Shown here: one piece after another, positions 20,811-31,425 of the stretch
How the letters are laid out: every line of letters starts with the position of its first letter
Numbering within the stretch: position 1 is the stretch's first letter
Source of the DNA: Kiritimatiellia bacterium
GTDB taxonomy: Bacteria > Verrucomicrobiota > Kiritimatiellia > RFP12 > UBA1067
Length of the DNA: 64,000 bases
Assembly: GCA_045599105.1 (NCBI GenBank)
Contig: JAZRVL010000041.1
Span: 4,295-68,294, forward strand
Direction of reading: 5' to 3'
Made by a program: the position numbers and the translations under genes
The notes under the pieces: model-generated
Seen by the model: only the letters and a program-made list of their open reading frames with translations
Database searches by the model: none
Told to the model about the DNA's origin: nothing

Positions 20811-22177
20811 TGATTTTCCCAAAACTTGACCCACTCGCTCACAAAGAGCTTAAGCTGATCTTCGTTCTTAAATGCCGCTTTGGTTGCTTCACGCATATCC
20901 TTTGAGCGAAACAATTCTTTGAAGTAATCTGCTTTCAAATTCTTAAATGGCGCAAAGCGAACTTTCGGCGCTCCCTTTTCAAGAAAATAAACAATCGACA
21001 AAGCTATACGGTATTTGGTTTGTCGCTCATAATCCGTGCCACCATAAAACTCCTCATAATCCATCATCAATAAGGGAACAATTAATTCCGCATAACTAAT
21101 CATGTCGGCTGGATCGACAAATGGCTCGTCTACGCCTTGCTCGAAGTATTGCGCGTACCCCTCGTTAAGCCATGGCGAAACTGGGATCATTGCCGTAGCA
21201 TACGAAAGATATTGATGGAAAGTCTCATGGCGCAATGTCTTTAGCAACTGCTTCTCCCCCGCTTCTGGCAAGTAAGCAACCAACTCACGCCTAATCGGAC
21301 TCCAATAAGCCGCACTCCACTCCATGTCCTCACCAACGGCCTCTAAATACTCACTTCTTGAAGCAAAGATGCGTGCTACGCATAAAAGATTGGTAATATT
21401 CAATTCCGTTGGGACAATTTCCACATACTTTGCTCTTGCTATCGCCATTTCGTTGGTTATCGTCGCAATCAATGATTTGGCTTCGGATAAATCATCCAAA
21501 ATCGCAAACTCCGTTGCATCCGAAAAATGCCAGCTATCGTAATTGGCAATACTATGCTTGGCATCCATTCTTAGTGCATCACGTTCGCTTACCGATTGGC
21601 GCTCCTCGACACTTGGAGAATATACCTCTATCAGCTTTGCTTCGTATTCCAAAAACTCATTTTCAAAGGTCTTAAGACACTCCCCGTAATCATCTCCTTC
21701 CGCCAACATCCACATTGCCAAACGCCAAGTCTCGCACTTCTCTGGCAAATACGCACATACGATAGCCGTTTGATTGGTGCCTTGCCAATAATCAACATCC
21801 TTATATCCGCGTGGTAGTTGACGCGGAGGCGTGGGCTTTTTTGCAATTTCAAAAGGAGTTAATGCTTGAATTGCCACTTTCCGCGCATCTTCATCACGCC
21901 TTTTAATTGTTCGCAAACTTTTGGCGTAGAGTATTCGAGTATTCTCAGTGTTTTCCGTAGTCGGCGGCAAAGAGCTCAAAGTAGCAAGCATAAATATCCG
22001 TCCCGCCTCATCCATCCACCTACCATCAATCGTTTGCGAGCACCAAAGCTCACTAGTATTAAAACGATCTTCAAGCCGAAGATGGTTATCTTCGTGCACC
22101 AAAAATGCACTTGCCCGCGGCATTTCTAATGGTTGCGGTGCAGTAAAGAATAGTGAAGCTGCTACTAATGAAATCAA
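20807..22177 (-). CDS. DUF1570-like putative metallopeptidase-fold protein
   Basis: HETFHQYL ... WLNEGYAQYF has a gluzincin-like arrangement typical of DUF1570. The track start is TTG, so the start is uncertain. Confidence 0.5.
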   Translation of the reverse strand: MISLVAASLFFTAPQPLEMPRASAFLVHEDNHLRLEDRFNTSELWCSQTIDGRWMDEAGRIFMLATLSSLPPTTENTENTRILYAKSLRTIKRRDEDARKVAIQALTPFEIAKKPTPPRQLPRGYKDVDYWQGTNQTAIVCAYLPEKCETWRLAMWMLAEGDDYGECLKTFENEFLEYEAKLIEVYSPSVEERQSVSERDALRMDAKHSIANYDSWHFSDATEFAILDDLSEAKSLIATITNEMAIARAKYVEIVPTELNITNLLCVARIFASRSEYLEAVGEDMEWSAAYWSPIRRELVAYLPEAGEKQLLKTLRHETFHQYLSYATAMIPVSPWLNEGYAQYFEQGVDEPFVDPADMISYAELIVPLLMMDYEEFYGGTDYERQTKYRIALSIVYFLEKGAPKVRFAPFKNLKADYFKELFRSKDMREATKAAFKNEDQLKLFVSEWVKFWENQ

Positions 22178-24606
22178 TGCGCTTTAATTGCCTCTTCCAA
22201 CATTCGCTTGGTATCAAGCACCGCTGCCGAATCTGGAATGAGCTCTAACGCCTTATCAATATTAATCTTCGCTGCCTTAAACTTCTTAAGCTCAATTTGG
22301 ATCATTGCCAAATTGTTGTAAATTGCTGGTTCATTAGGACGACGCACTAAGCAATTGCGCAAATAACTCTCCGCCCGTGAAAGTTGGCGCTCCTTGAGGT
22401 AATACATCCCCATTGCAAAGTTCGCGTCGGGATCATCGGGATCGGCGGCCAAAATAGTCTCAGCATAGAGCATTCCCATAGTAAAGTCCGCACGCACCAA
22501 AGCAAGTTGCAAACCTTCACGCGGAGTCAAGCGCTGCATCATCGTGGCATTGCGCTTCTCCATTGCCGCTGTCAGCCCCTTATAAATATCGTTACACTCG
22601 TTAAGCTTCTTGGAGAGCGTGATTTCCGCAATCGCCTCCTCCGCCAATCCCTTAACGTCATCCGTTTCACTTCGATAGAGACACATCCGAGCGACACGCC
22701 ACTGCGCTGAAAGGAACATCCGCTTTACAATTTCGTCCGTGCAAGCCTTAATCCCACCCGACTTAGCATGCACTGCCAACATCCGCTCAGCGAGTGCATG
22801 TGCGCGCTCAACATATTTAAGTCGATCTTCTTCGCTTGCAAATCCCATCGGACGCGAAACCAATCCACCCATAGGTGGCAAAGGTTTGCCGTCGCGCTTC
22901 CAAAGATCAAAGCCCATCAACACCGCTGACTCTTTGAGCCGCTGAGGTTTATCCCGAATCCAACTCCTAAGTCCCATTGCAGTATCGTACTTGAAAGAAA
23001 ATTCGTCTTCATTGTCCTTGAGATTGCGAGTGCGCAAATATGTAGATAGTATATTATCACCACCCATCAATGAATAGCACTTCAGTGCACCACCTTGAGC
23101 GATGCTCTCCACTTCAATAGCCGCATCCAAATTGCCATCGCTAAAGAGATATTGTGCATCCCCGGCTTCCTTAACAATCTCCGCTACCACATCATTTGCA
23201 ATTCGCAGCATCTCACGCATAACTGACTTGGGTCTACCCACAATCATAATGCTCAATGCCACCAACGGAATAATCACGATCATTACTCGTCGAATCAGCG
23301 TCATTGAACTGGTGATTTCCACTTTCTCCTTGCGATGGCGGATGCTTAATATGGGTCTATTAATTCCCTCGTTCTCCTCATCTTCATCTTCCTCATCATC
23401 TTCTTTGGAGCCAAATATCTGACTGGCAAGTTCCGCATGATTACGACAAAGTGAGTCCACGCCCAAAATCGTAATCGAGCCAGCCAAAGTTGCTGCCGTA
23501 CAGAACATACCGATTGCCAGCAAGAATTGCGAAGTGACTGGGACATAAGTCCAAAACCACAACGCCGAAAGGAAAGATGATTGCGAAAAAGCCACTACTC
23601 CGCAAGCAAAAAAGATCATTCCCGAAGAATAGGAAAGAAACTTCTCTTCATCGGCTGAAGCTGGGAAACGTAGCAAACTAAAGCCAAATGGCAATACGCA
23701 CACGCCAAACCAAAGCGTCCAAGCCATAGGCGACCCCGCGCTTGCCAACCGAGTCCAGTAGTCCAAAAGGTACTTTAGTGGAACATATCCTGCTGTCTGA
23801 CCAATCGCTGCTGGCCCATCATGTAAAATATAAATTACACTATTAATCGAAATACCTACTACCAATGACGCCAAAAAGATAAAAGTCATATACCACTTAC
23901 CAACTTCAACGACAGTAGGTTTAAAAAGTGGCGACTCCATCATCGGTACCACATTAAGAATGAAGAAATATAGCCAGATAAAGAATGCCACCAAGAATAA
24001 TCCAAATGGTGATTCGGCCGTTAAAAGACCCAAAAGAATTGCACAAAAATACGTATACTTAATATCACCCTTGCGCAAAAAGACGAAATAAAACTCAATT
24101 GAGCCAATCATGAGCGCCAAAAGAATCGTCGTCTCCGAGAGGAACTGTCCAGCGATCCAAACTGGATCGGCAAACACGAAAGCGGCCGTACCAATAGCGG
24201 ATGCAAGACGCATCACCAAAGTGCGACGACGCGATAGTTGAGGACGAGCGCGCATTGCAAAGGCAAGCCACTCGCGCAATACGGCGTAGACGCCAACTGC
24301 TACCATTGCCAATAGGAGATGGCCAAGTACTCGCATCGCTACTGTGCCCACATTGGCACCAAAGATACCGTAGACGATAGATGCAATGCCGGTTAAATAT
24401 CCTGGAATGATATCCGCTGCTGGACGAACTCCTGTTGCAACCGCAATCGAGCTCCACTGTGCAGGATAAGCACCAGGAAACTCCCAAATGGTTAGCAGTA
24501 GCCAAGTGCCGACTGCGATTATTCCCGCAATTACCAAATCGCCCAGCCCGATTCTTTCGGTCTGGGCGGTGGTGTTGAGCATTTGCTCTTTTTCCATTTC
24601 GGTCAT
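22174..24606 (-). CDS. polytopic membrane protein with an acidic linker and a C-terminal TPR domain (glycosyltransferase-C-like/DUF2723-like)
   Basis: It has about 11 TM helices, EDDEEDEDEENEG and C-terminal TPR repeats (MGMYYLKERQLSRAESYLRNCL, IYNNLAMIQ). Confidence 0.55.
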   Translation of the reverse strand: MTEMEKEQMLNTTAQTERIGLGDLVIAGIIAVGTWLLLTIWEFPGAYPAQWSSIAVATGVRPAADIIPGYLTGIASIVYGIFGANVGTVAMRVLGHLLLAMVAVGVYAVLREWLAFAMRARPQLSRRRTLVMRLASAIGTAAFVFADPVWIAGQFLSETTILLALMIGSIEFYFVFLRKGDIKYTYFCAILLGLLTAESPFGLFLVAFFIWLYFFILNVVPMMESPLFKPTVVEVGKWYMTFIFLASLVVGISINSVIYILHDGPAAIGQTAGYVPLKYLLDYWTRLASAGSPMAWTLWFGVCVLPFGFSLLRFPASADEEKFLSYSSGMIFFACGVVAFSQSSFLSALWFWTYVPVTSQFLLAIGMFCTAATLAGSITILGVDSLCRNHAELASQIFGSKEDDEEDEDEENEGINRPILSIRHRKEKVEITSSMTLIRRVMIVIIPLVALSIMIVGRPKSVMREMLRIANDVVAEIVKEAGDAQYLFSDGNLDAAIEVESIAQGGALKCYSLMGGDNILSTYLRTRNLKDNEDEFSFKYDTAMGLRSWIRDKPQRLKESAVLMGFDLWKRDGKPLPPMGGLVSRPMGFASEEDRLKYVERAHALAERMLAVHAKSGGIKACTDEIVKRMFLSAQWRVARMCLYRSETDDVKGLAEEAIAEITLSKKLNECNDIYKGLTAAMEKRNATMMQRLTPREGLQLALVRADFTMGMLYAETILAADPDDPDANFAMGMYYLKERQLSRAESYLRNCLVRRPNEPAIYNNLAMIQIELKKFKAAKINIDKALELIPDSAAVLDTKRMLEEAIKAH

Positions 24607-25100
24607 TCTTTACGACGTTTAAGCGAGAGAAGCGCAAGGCCCATTATCATGAGCATAGCCGAAGTTGGCTCCGGAGCGGCATACGCAGTTCCATGCCAAG
24701 CTGTAATGCTTGTGATATCCAATGAAGTAGTAATAGATCCTGCTTCACTAAGACTTGCGTATGTTGCCCACTCACCATTTCCAACAACACCAGTACCTTC
24801 TCCATAAACCTTACTATCATAACCAATAAGCTCAATATAGAAGCTATATCCCTCGCCTAACATGCTAACATCAATTTTATATGGAGAACCAAAATCAATC
24901 TCGCCTCTTGTTAATAATGTTCCCTCGCCGTGTACCGGACTTTCCGCATTGCTATAATAAACATTGGCGCCAATTACATCGCCACCATTATTATTCAACT
25001 TTCCCGCAAAGTCGCTTGAATCAACTTGCCACCAAAGATACGCCGCTTGAGCAGTAACCGACATTACCGCAATAACTAAACCAATAACAATCTTCTTCAT
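24603..25100 (-). CDS. PEP-CTERM sorting-domain secreted protein
   Basis: It has a signal peptide. The C-terminus PEPTSAMLMIMGLALLSLKRRKE gives PEP, a TM segment and a basic tail. Confidence 0.8.
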   Translation of the reverse strand: MKKIVIGLVIAVMSVTAQAAYLWWQVDSSDFAGKLNNNGGDVIGANVYYSNAESPVHGEGTLLTRGEIDFGSPYKIDVSMLGEGYSFYIELIGYDSKVYGEGTGVVGNGEWATYASLSEAGSITTSLDITSITAWHGTAYAAPEPTSAMLMIMGLALLSLKRRKE

Positions 25101-25130
25101 TTTCTTAACCTTTACTCTTTCTATTATAAA

Positions 25131-25892
25131 TTATTCTTCAGTTTTTGGAGTCCAATTAACGGTGGCAGCTGTCTTGCCATCACCCTTCGCACTTACAAAC
25201 CAAGCGCCTTGTCCAGCTAAAATCTTTGCCTTGCTATAATCATATGTTTTAGTGAAACTCGCATCGTAAGACAATACGCCCCATTTACTATTAGTCGTAT
25301 CATAGAAAAGCTGATACTGCTTTCTATCTTCATCTTCACCGACAACAATGATATAATCGTTCTTAACAACATTTCCCCATGTCGCAGAATTAATATCAGT
25401 ATCCGCAACCGAAGGCGGGGCGATGAGCGTATAGCACGGAGCGTCCGTAGTGCCAACGCCTAATGTTATTGTACCAACTTGGCTCGTTGGCACTTGACCA
25501 TAAAGATAGAAGCAGCTGGCGATAGGTGCGTTGCGGATAAGCAAAATTGCATTACCACGAGCAAGACTTTGCTTATTGGCACTTGTCGGCGTCTTAGATT
25601 CATTGTTAATAACAGTCGATTGCTCAACCCACACGCCATTTGCAAGTTTCCAAGTGAAATATACTCCTTGCAATCCGTCATACCACCAAAGTTCATCACC
25701 TTCCGTTAAGTTGGTAGTCTTAACGATATCTGCGACCGTAATATCACTGTCACCAACACCTGCACCAACCCATGGGATGGAAACGATTGTTTCCGCATCC
25801 GGCGAATCAACGCGCAAGCAACCAAAGACATTATCATCAGCGAACACTGTCGCTACCGACATCACCGCGCAAAGAGCAATAAGTTTTTTCAT
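25131..25892 (-). CDS. secreted hypothetical protein
   Basis: It has a signal peptide (MKKLIALCAVMSVATVFA) and is beta-rich. I recognised no family. Confidence 0.55.
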   Translation of the reverse strand: MKKLIALCAVMSVATVFADDNVFGCLRVDSPDAETIVSIPWVGAGVGDSDITVADIVKTTNLTEGDELWWYDGLQGVYFTWKLANGVWVEQSTVINNESKTPTSANKQSLARGNAILLIRNAPIASCFYLYGQVPTSQVGTITLGVGTTDAPCYTLIAPPSVADTDINSATWGNVVKNDYIIVVGEDEDRKQYQLFYDTTNSKWGVLSYDASFTKTYDYSKAKILAGQGAWFVSAKGDGKTAATVNWTPKTEE

Positions 25893-25909
25893 TTTAATCC
25901 TCCTTGAAA

Positions 25910-26641
25910 TTACTTGATTACACGCACAAGCTTGAAGAACTTAGCGCCATTGTTAATCTTGAAGGTGATGTAGTCGCTCCCGCCCTTGACCTGCGCAGCT
26001 GCGTATGTATCAAGCTTGTCCAAGCTCTCGCCCATAAGCAAGCTATACTTCACACCCGCCATCAAACCAGTCACCGTAATCTCCGCACCAGTCTCCGTCA
26101 CTGCAAAGTTCGTAATCTTCGCCGTCTGGAAGCCCTCGGCCGAAGTATCGATGAAGCTCGCTGCCCAAGCAGGATCAACCGTGCCTTCGATCGTCTCGCC
26201 TCTCGACATTCCCGTAATCGTATAAACCGACGCTTCCTTGGCGCTATCGACATACGCGGGCTTGCCCGCATCATTCTGCGACGCAGGAACTCCATTGATG
26301 CGCGTATCAAGCATATAGACATAATACTGTCCACCTATTGGCGCACCCTTGGAGTCAACTTGGAAGTAAACCGAAGGGCATCCACCATCCTTCGCAAGCG
26401 GTGCAACCAAGAGTACCTTATCGGCCGTATCCACTGGCGTGCAATCGGACTTGATTCCGTCAAATCCATTATCCGCCCAGCAAAGCGCATACCACTCGCC
26501 ATTGGCTACCACGCTACCATCAGCATAGACATCGTTAGCGCTCTCGAAGCGAATCATCTTGTTGGCTGCATCCGCAAATGCACCAAACGACATCGCCGCT
26601 GCGACGCCAAAAACTACGAACTTAGAAAGTTTCATGGACAT
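25910..26641 (-). CDS. secreted hypothetical protein ending ...GAKFFKLVRVIK
   Basis: It has a signal peptide (FVVFGVAAAMSFGAFA). Its C-terminal beta-module resembles the C-terminus of the 1208-aa C69 protein (GFFYLM). Confidence 0.55.
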   Translation of the reverse strand: MSMKLSKFVVFGVAAAMSFGAFADAANKMIRFESANDVYADGSVVANGEWYALCWADNGFDGIKSDCTPVDTADKVLLVAPLAKDGGCPSVYFQVDSKGAPIGGQYYVYMLDTRINGVPASQNDAGKPAYVDSAKEASVYTITGMSRGETIEGTVDPAWAASFIDTSAEGFQTAKITNFAVTETGAEITVTGLMAGVKYSLLMGESLDKLDTYAAAQVKGGSDYITFKINNGAKFFKLVRVIK

Positions 26642-26674
26642 AATCCTTCCTTTGTTTACTTCAACGATCGCTAA

Positions 26675-28828
<2,154 letters not shown>

Positions 28829-29566
28829 TTACTTTGCTTTCGTGGGCTCGATATACTTGAGCGCCTCTTGGTCGGTACCAGTAGCAAACGCGATCGACTG
28901 CTTCTCGTAGATGTCCTCAAGTGTCACATAGCGACCTTTGTAGACACCAGCCGCGCCACCCTTGTGAATGACGACTGCCGCCTTGTTGCCAAAAGGCAAG
29001 GCAAACTTTGGCTGCTTAATCAAGGATTCGGTATTCTGACCCAAGGTCGCCGTGTCGCTTGTGACCAACTTGTCCGAATCAAGATTGCGCGTAACTAAAA
29101 CTGGAATGACATCGGGCATTTCGTCCGTGATGTTCGCAGCCACCGTCCAAGCAATGCAACCCGAAAGCGAAGTGCCGCCCTTGTATGCTGGCACGCCCGA
29201 GCCCGAGAGGAACTTGAGATCCACATTCACATACGGATTCCACTCAGTCGTACCGTAGCTTTGCATATTAAAAAGCTCATCAAAGTACGAATCCGCATCA
29301 CCAAATGTCTTGGACGCAATATCCTTACTGCCATCGCTCGAAGAGCTCGTCTTGGGCCACACCGACTCGCGGCCGTGCGCCTCACGATCAACATTCGCCT
29401 GAATGATACCAGTAAAGAGGTTGCGACCGTTCATCGACATCGCCGCCGCATTTGCGCTAAGCATCGCCGATGTAATCGCCGGGAAGAGCGCGCCCATCAA
29501 AATGCCGAGAATGCCGATAACGACCAAGAGCTCGACGAGAGTAAAACCTTTAGTTAATTTTTTCAT
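28829..29566 (-). CDS. prepilin-type N-terminal cleavage/methylation domain protein (type II secretion/type IV pseudopilin-like)
   Basis: The N-terminus is MKKLTKGFTLVELLVVIGILGILMGALFPA. It abuts the priA start with no gap. Confidence 0.8.
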   Translation of the reverse strand: MKKLTKGFTLVELLVVIGILGILMGALFPAITSAMLSANAAAMSMNGRNLFTGIIQANVDREAHGRESVWPKTSSSSDGSKDIASKTFGDADSYFDELFNMQSYGTTEWNPYVNVDLKFLSGSGVPAYKGGTSLSGCIAWTVAANITDEMPDVIPVLVTRNLDSDKLVTSDTATLGQNTESLIKQPKFALPFGNKAAVVIHKGGAAGVYKGRYVTLEDIYEKQSIAFATGTDQEALKYIEPTKAK

Positions 29567-29605
29567 AATTTAATGAATTCCTTTTTGGTTGATAAACATA
29601 TTATC

Positions 29606-30238
29606 TCACAAATCTTCTTTATGTTCAAGTGCCTTTTTAAGATAAGGTGAGTAGTTTTTGGTGTACGAACATAAGCTCCACATAGTTAGAAAAATCAAAA
29701 CTCCCTCAACTACATAGCAACTCTTAAGCCACAGACAGACCCAACCTTGAGGCGCAAATTGGTGAAAGGCAAGATACATATATATCCACCCCGCGCCTGG
29801 GAAAGAAATCGCCGTACGCACCTTGCCAAGATACATCGCCGCCACATCCGCGCCATACATCGCGCCAATTGAGCGCATAAACGTAACCCACGTATCGCGT
29901 ATCATGTAAAGGATCGTAAGCCCTAACAAAATAAGCGCATGCAAATCACTCTCGCCTTGATGCATCGCTTGCCAAACAAGCGCGGGAAAGCAAACAATGT
30001 AAAAGACCTTGTCCATCAATGGATCAGCCATCTTGCCTAAAGTGGATACGACGCTCCACTTACGAGCAAGCGCACCATCCCACGCATCCGTAAGTCCCGA
30101 CAAAAGCATCATCAAGCACGCTGCAATTGCTAGCGTCCATCCGCCCAAAAACTCTTGCAAGATAGCACAAACGAGCCACGCAAAAATCAGCGGGGCTCGA
30201 GAAAAGGTAAGCGCGTTTACGAAGTGCCGACGGCTCAT
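29606..30238 (-). CDS. CDP-alcohol phosphatidyltransferase family protein
   Basis: DAWDGALARKWSVVSTLGKMADPLMDK matches D-x2-DG-x2-AR-x8-G-x3-D-x3-D. It is multi-TM. Confidence 0.8.
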   Translation of the reverse strand: MSRRHFVNALTFSRAPLIFAWLVCAILQEFLGGWTLAIAACLMMLLSGLTDAWDGALARKWSVVSTLGKMADPLMDKVFYIVCFPALVWQAMHQGESDLHALILLGLTILYMIRDTWVTFMRSIGAMYGADVAAMYLGKVRTAISFPGAGWIYMYLAFHQFAPQGWVCLWLKSCYVVEGVLIFLTMWSLCSYTKNYSPYLKKALEHKEDL

Positions 30239-30573
30239 TAGCCCTTGAGCGCGTCAGCAACTACATCTTGCATCGCACCCAACGCCTCTTGGAGCTGGGT
30301 GAGACGCGCTTTCAAGCCCTCTACTTCCAACATCGCCTTTTGGTAGTTGCGACGCGTAGCAAAAAGCTGCTTTAAAATCTCGCCGGGATCAAGGTCGAGA
30401 TCATGGAGGTCCATGCCGTCGGGAATTGGTACCAAAACCGCCTTGCCGCACTCCGAGCAATTGATTTCGAGTCCTGCGCCTCGATAATCAATCACCAAGT
30501 TCTTGCCGCAATGCGGGCAATCAAATACGATATCAGTATCGCGAATTTCAGCATCAGCTTCCTGTTCGGCCAT
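30238..30573 (-). CDS. small zinc-ribbon plus coiled-coil protein
   Basis: CPHCG...CSECG is followed by a heptad-like C-terminus. A strong SD (AAGGAGGTG) lies upstream. Confidence 0.55.
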   Translation of the reverse strand: MAEQEADAEIRDTDIVFDCPHCGKNLVIDYRGAGLEINCSECGKAVLVPIPDGMDLHDLDLDPGEILKQLFATRRNYQKAMLEVEGLKARLTQLQEALGAMQDVVADALKG

Positions 30574-30599
30574 GGGACACCTCCTTTTAGGATGAACTA

Positions 30600-30947
30600 T
30601 TAAGCGTTCTTGGCGATCTCCACAATCGTCTTGAAGCCCGCTGGATCCTTGATAGCGATCTCGGAGAGCATCTTGCGATTGAGGATGACGCCTGCCTTGG
30701 TAAGCCCCGCAATCAGCTTAGAATAGCTGATACCCTCTTGACGAGCGGCAGCATTGACGCGGCCAATCCAAAGCTGACGAAAATCACGTTTCTTGAGCTT
30801 GCGATGCGCAGTCGAAAGGCGCATAGCGCGATCGACGGCCTCAGTCGCAGTACGGAAAAGTTTGGAACGTGCCCCATAAAAGCCCTTGGCGAGCTCAAGG
30901 CGACGACGACGACGTTCACGAGAAGCAGCTGCATTAGTAACACGCAT
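30600..30947 (-). CDS. rplT: 50S ribosomal protein L20
   Basis: RRRRRLELAKGFYGARSKLFR...RDFRQLWI.R.NAAAR. Confidence 0.95.
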   Translation of the reverse strand: MRVTNAAASRERRRRRLELAKGFYGARSKLFRTATEAVDRAMRLSTAHRKLKKRDFRQLWIGRVNAAARQEGISYSKLIAGLTKAGVILNRKMLSEIAIKDPAGFKTIVEIAKNA

Positions 30948-30966
30948 AGGTCATTTCTCCCTTATC

Positions 30967-31167
30967 TTAGCGACCCTGGAGCGCACGCGCGTAGGTCTTG
31001 GTGACTGTGAGTGAAGCAATGGCCGTGCGACCGCAAAGATCGTTCTTGCGATTGCGCTTCTTGCCATTATTGAGATGGGCGTGACCGCCCTGAGAGCGAA
31101 GGATTTTGCCACCCTTCGAGAGTTTCATGCGCTTGACCGCGCACTTCCTTGTCTTCATTTTAGGCAT
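30967..31167 (-). CDS. rpmI: 50S ribosomal protein L35
   Basis: MPKMKTRKCAVKRMKLSKGGK... is 66 aa, basic, and sits directly upstream of rplT. Confidence 0.9.
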   Translation of the reverse strand: MPKMKTRKCAVKRMKLSKGGKILRSQGGHAHLNNGKKRNRKNDLCGRTAIASLTVTKTYARALQGR

Positions 31168-31241
31168 TTTATTTTCCTTTCTTTACCTTACCGGTCGGGC
31201 AGCCCTTGATTTATTTAGCCCGAGCCAGATGGACATAGGGA

Positions 31242-31271
31242 AGTATAGCAAATCCATCGCTCCTTCGTCAA
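31242..31271 (-). promoter_or_regulatory. putative sigma70-type promoter of rpmI-rplT (TTGACG, 18 nt, TGcTATACT)
   Basis: The minus strand reads TTGACG-aaggagcgatggattTGC-TATACT. A 6-bp stem (UCGGGC/GCCCGA, 31223-31195) lies in the ~70-nt leader. Confidence 0.4.
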
Positions 31272-31425
31272 GAAGCTTGCTATCCCCGAATTATCCTAAT
31301 GTTTTTGTAAAATGTACTCATCAACGAATAAAGGAGCACACAGGTGTCTCACTTTTTGGGAATGGTGCACCGAAATCGTCAATCATCAATCTGCATTGCT
31401 ACCTGCCAAGTCCACTGCGACCCTA

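Noticed and set aside
24095-24637. 180-aa minus-strand ORF in an alternative frame of the 810-aa membrane protein
   Set aside because: It is an Arg/Ser/Cys-rich out-of-frame product. The main frame shows regular TM helices.
25904-26674. 256-aa plus-strand ORF
   Set aside because: It is antisense to the 243-aa secreted protein. It is extremely Arg-rich and has no start context.
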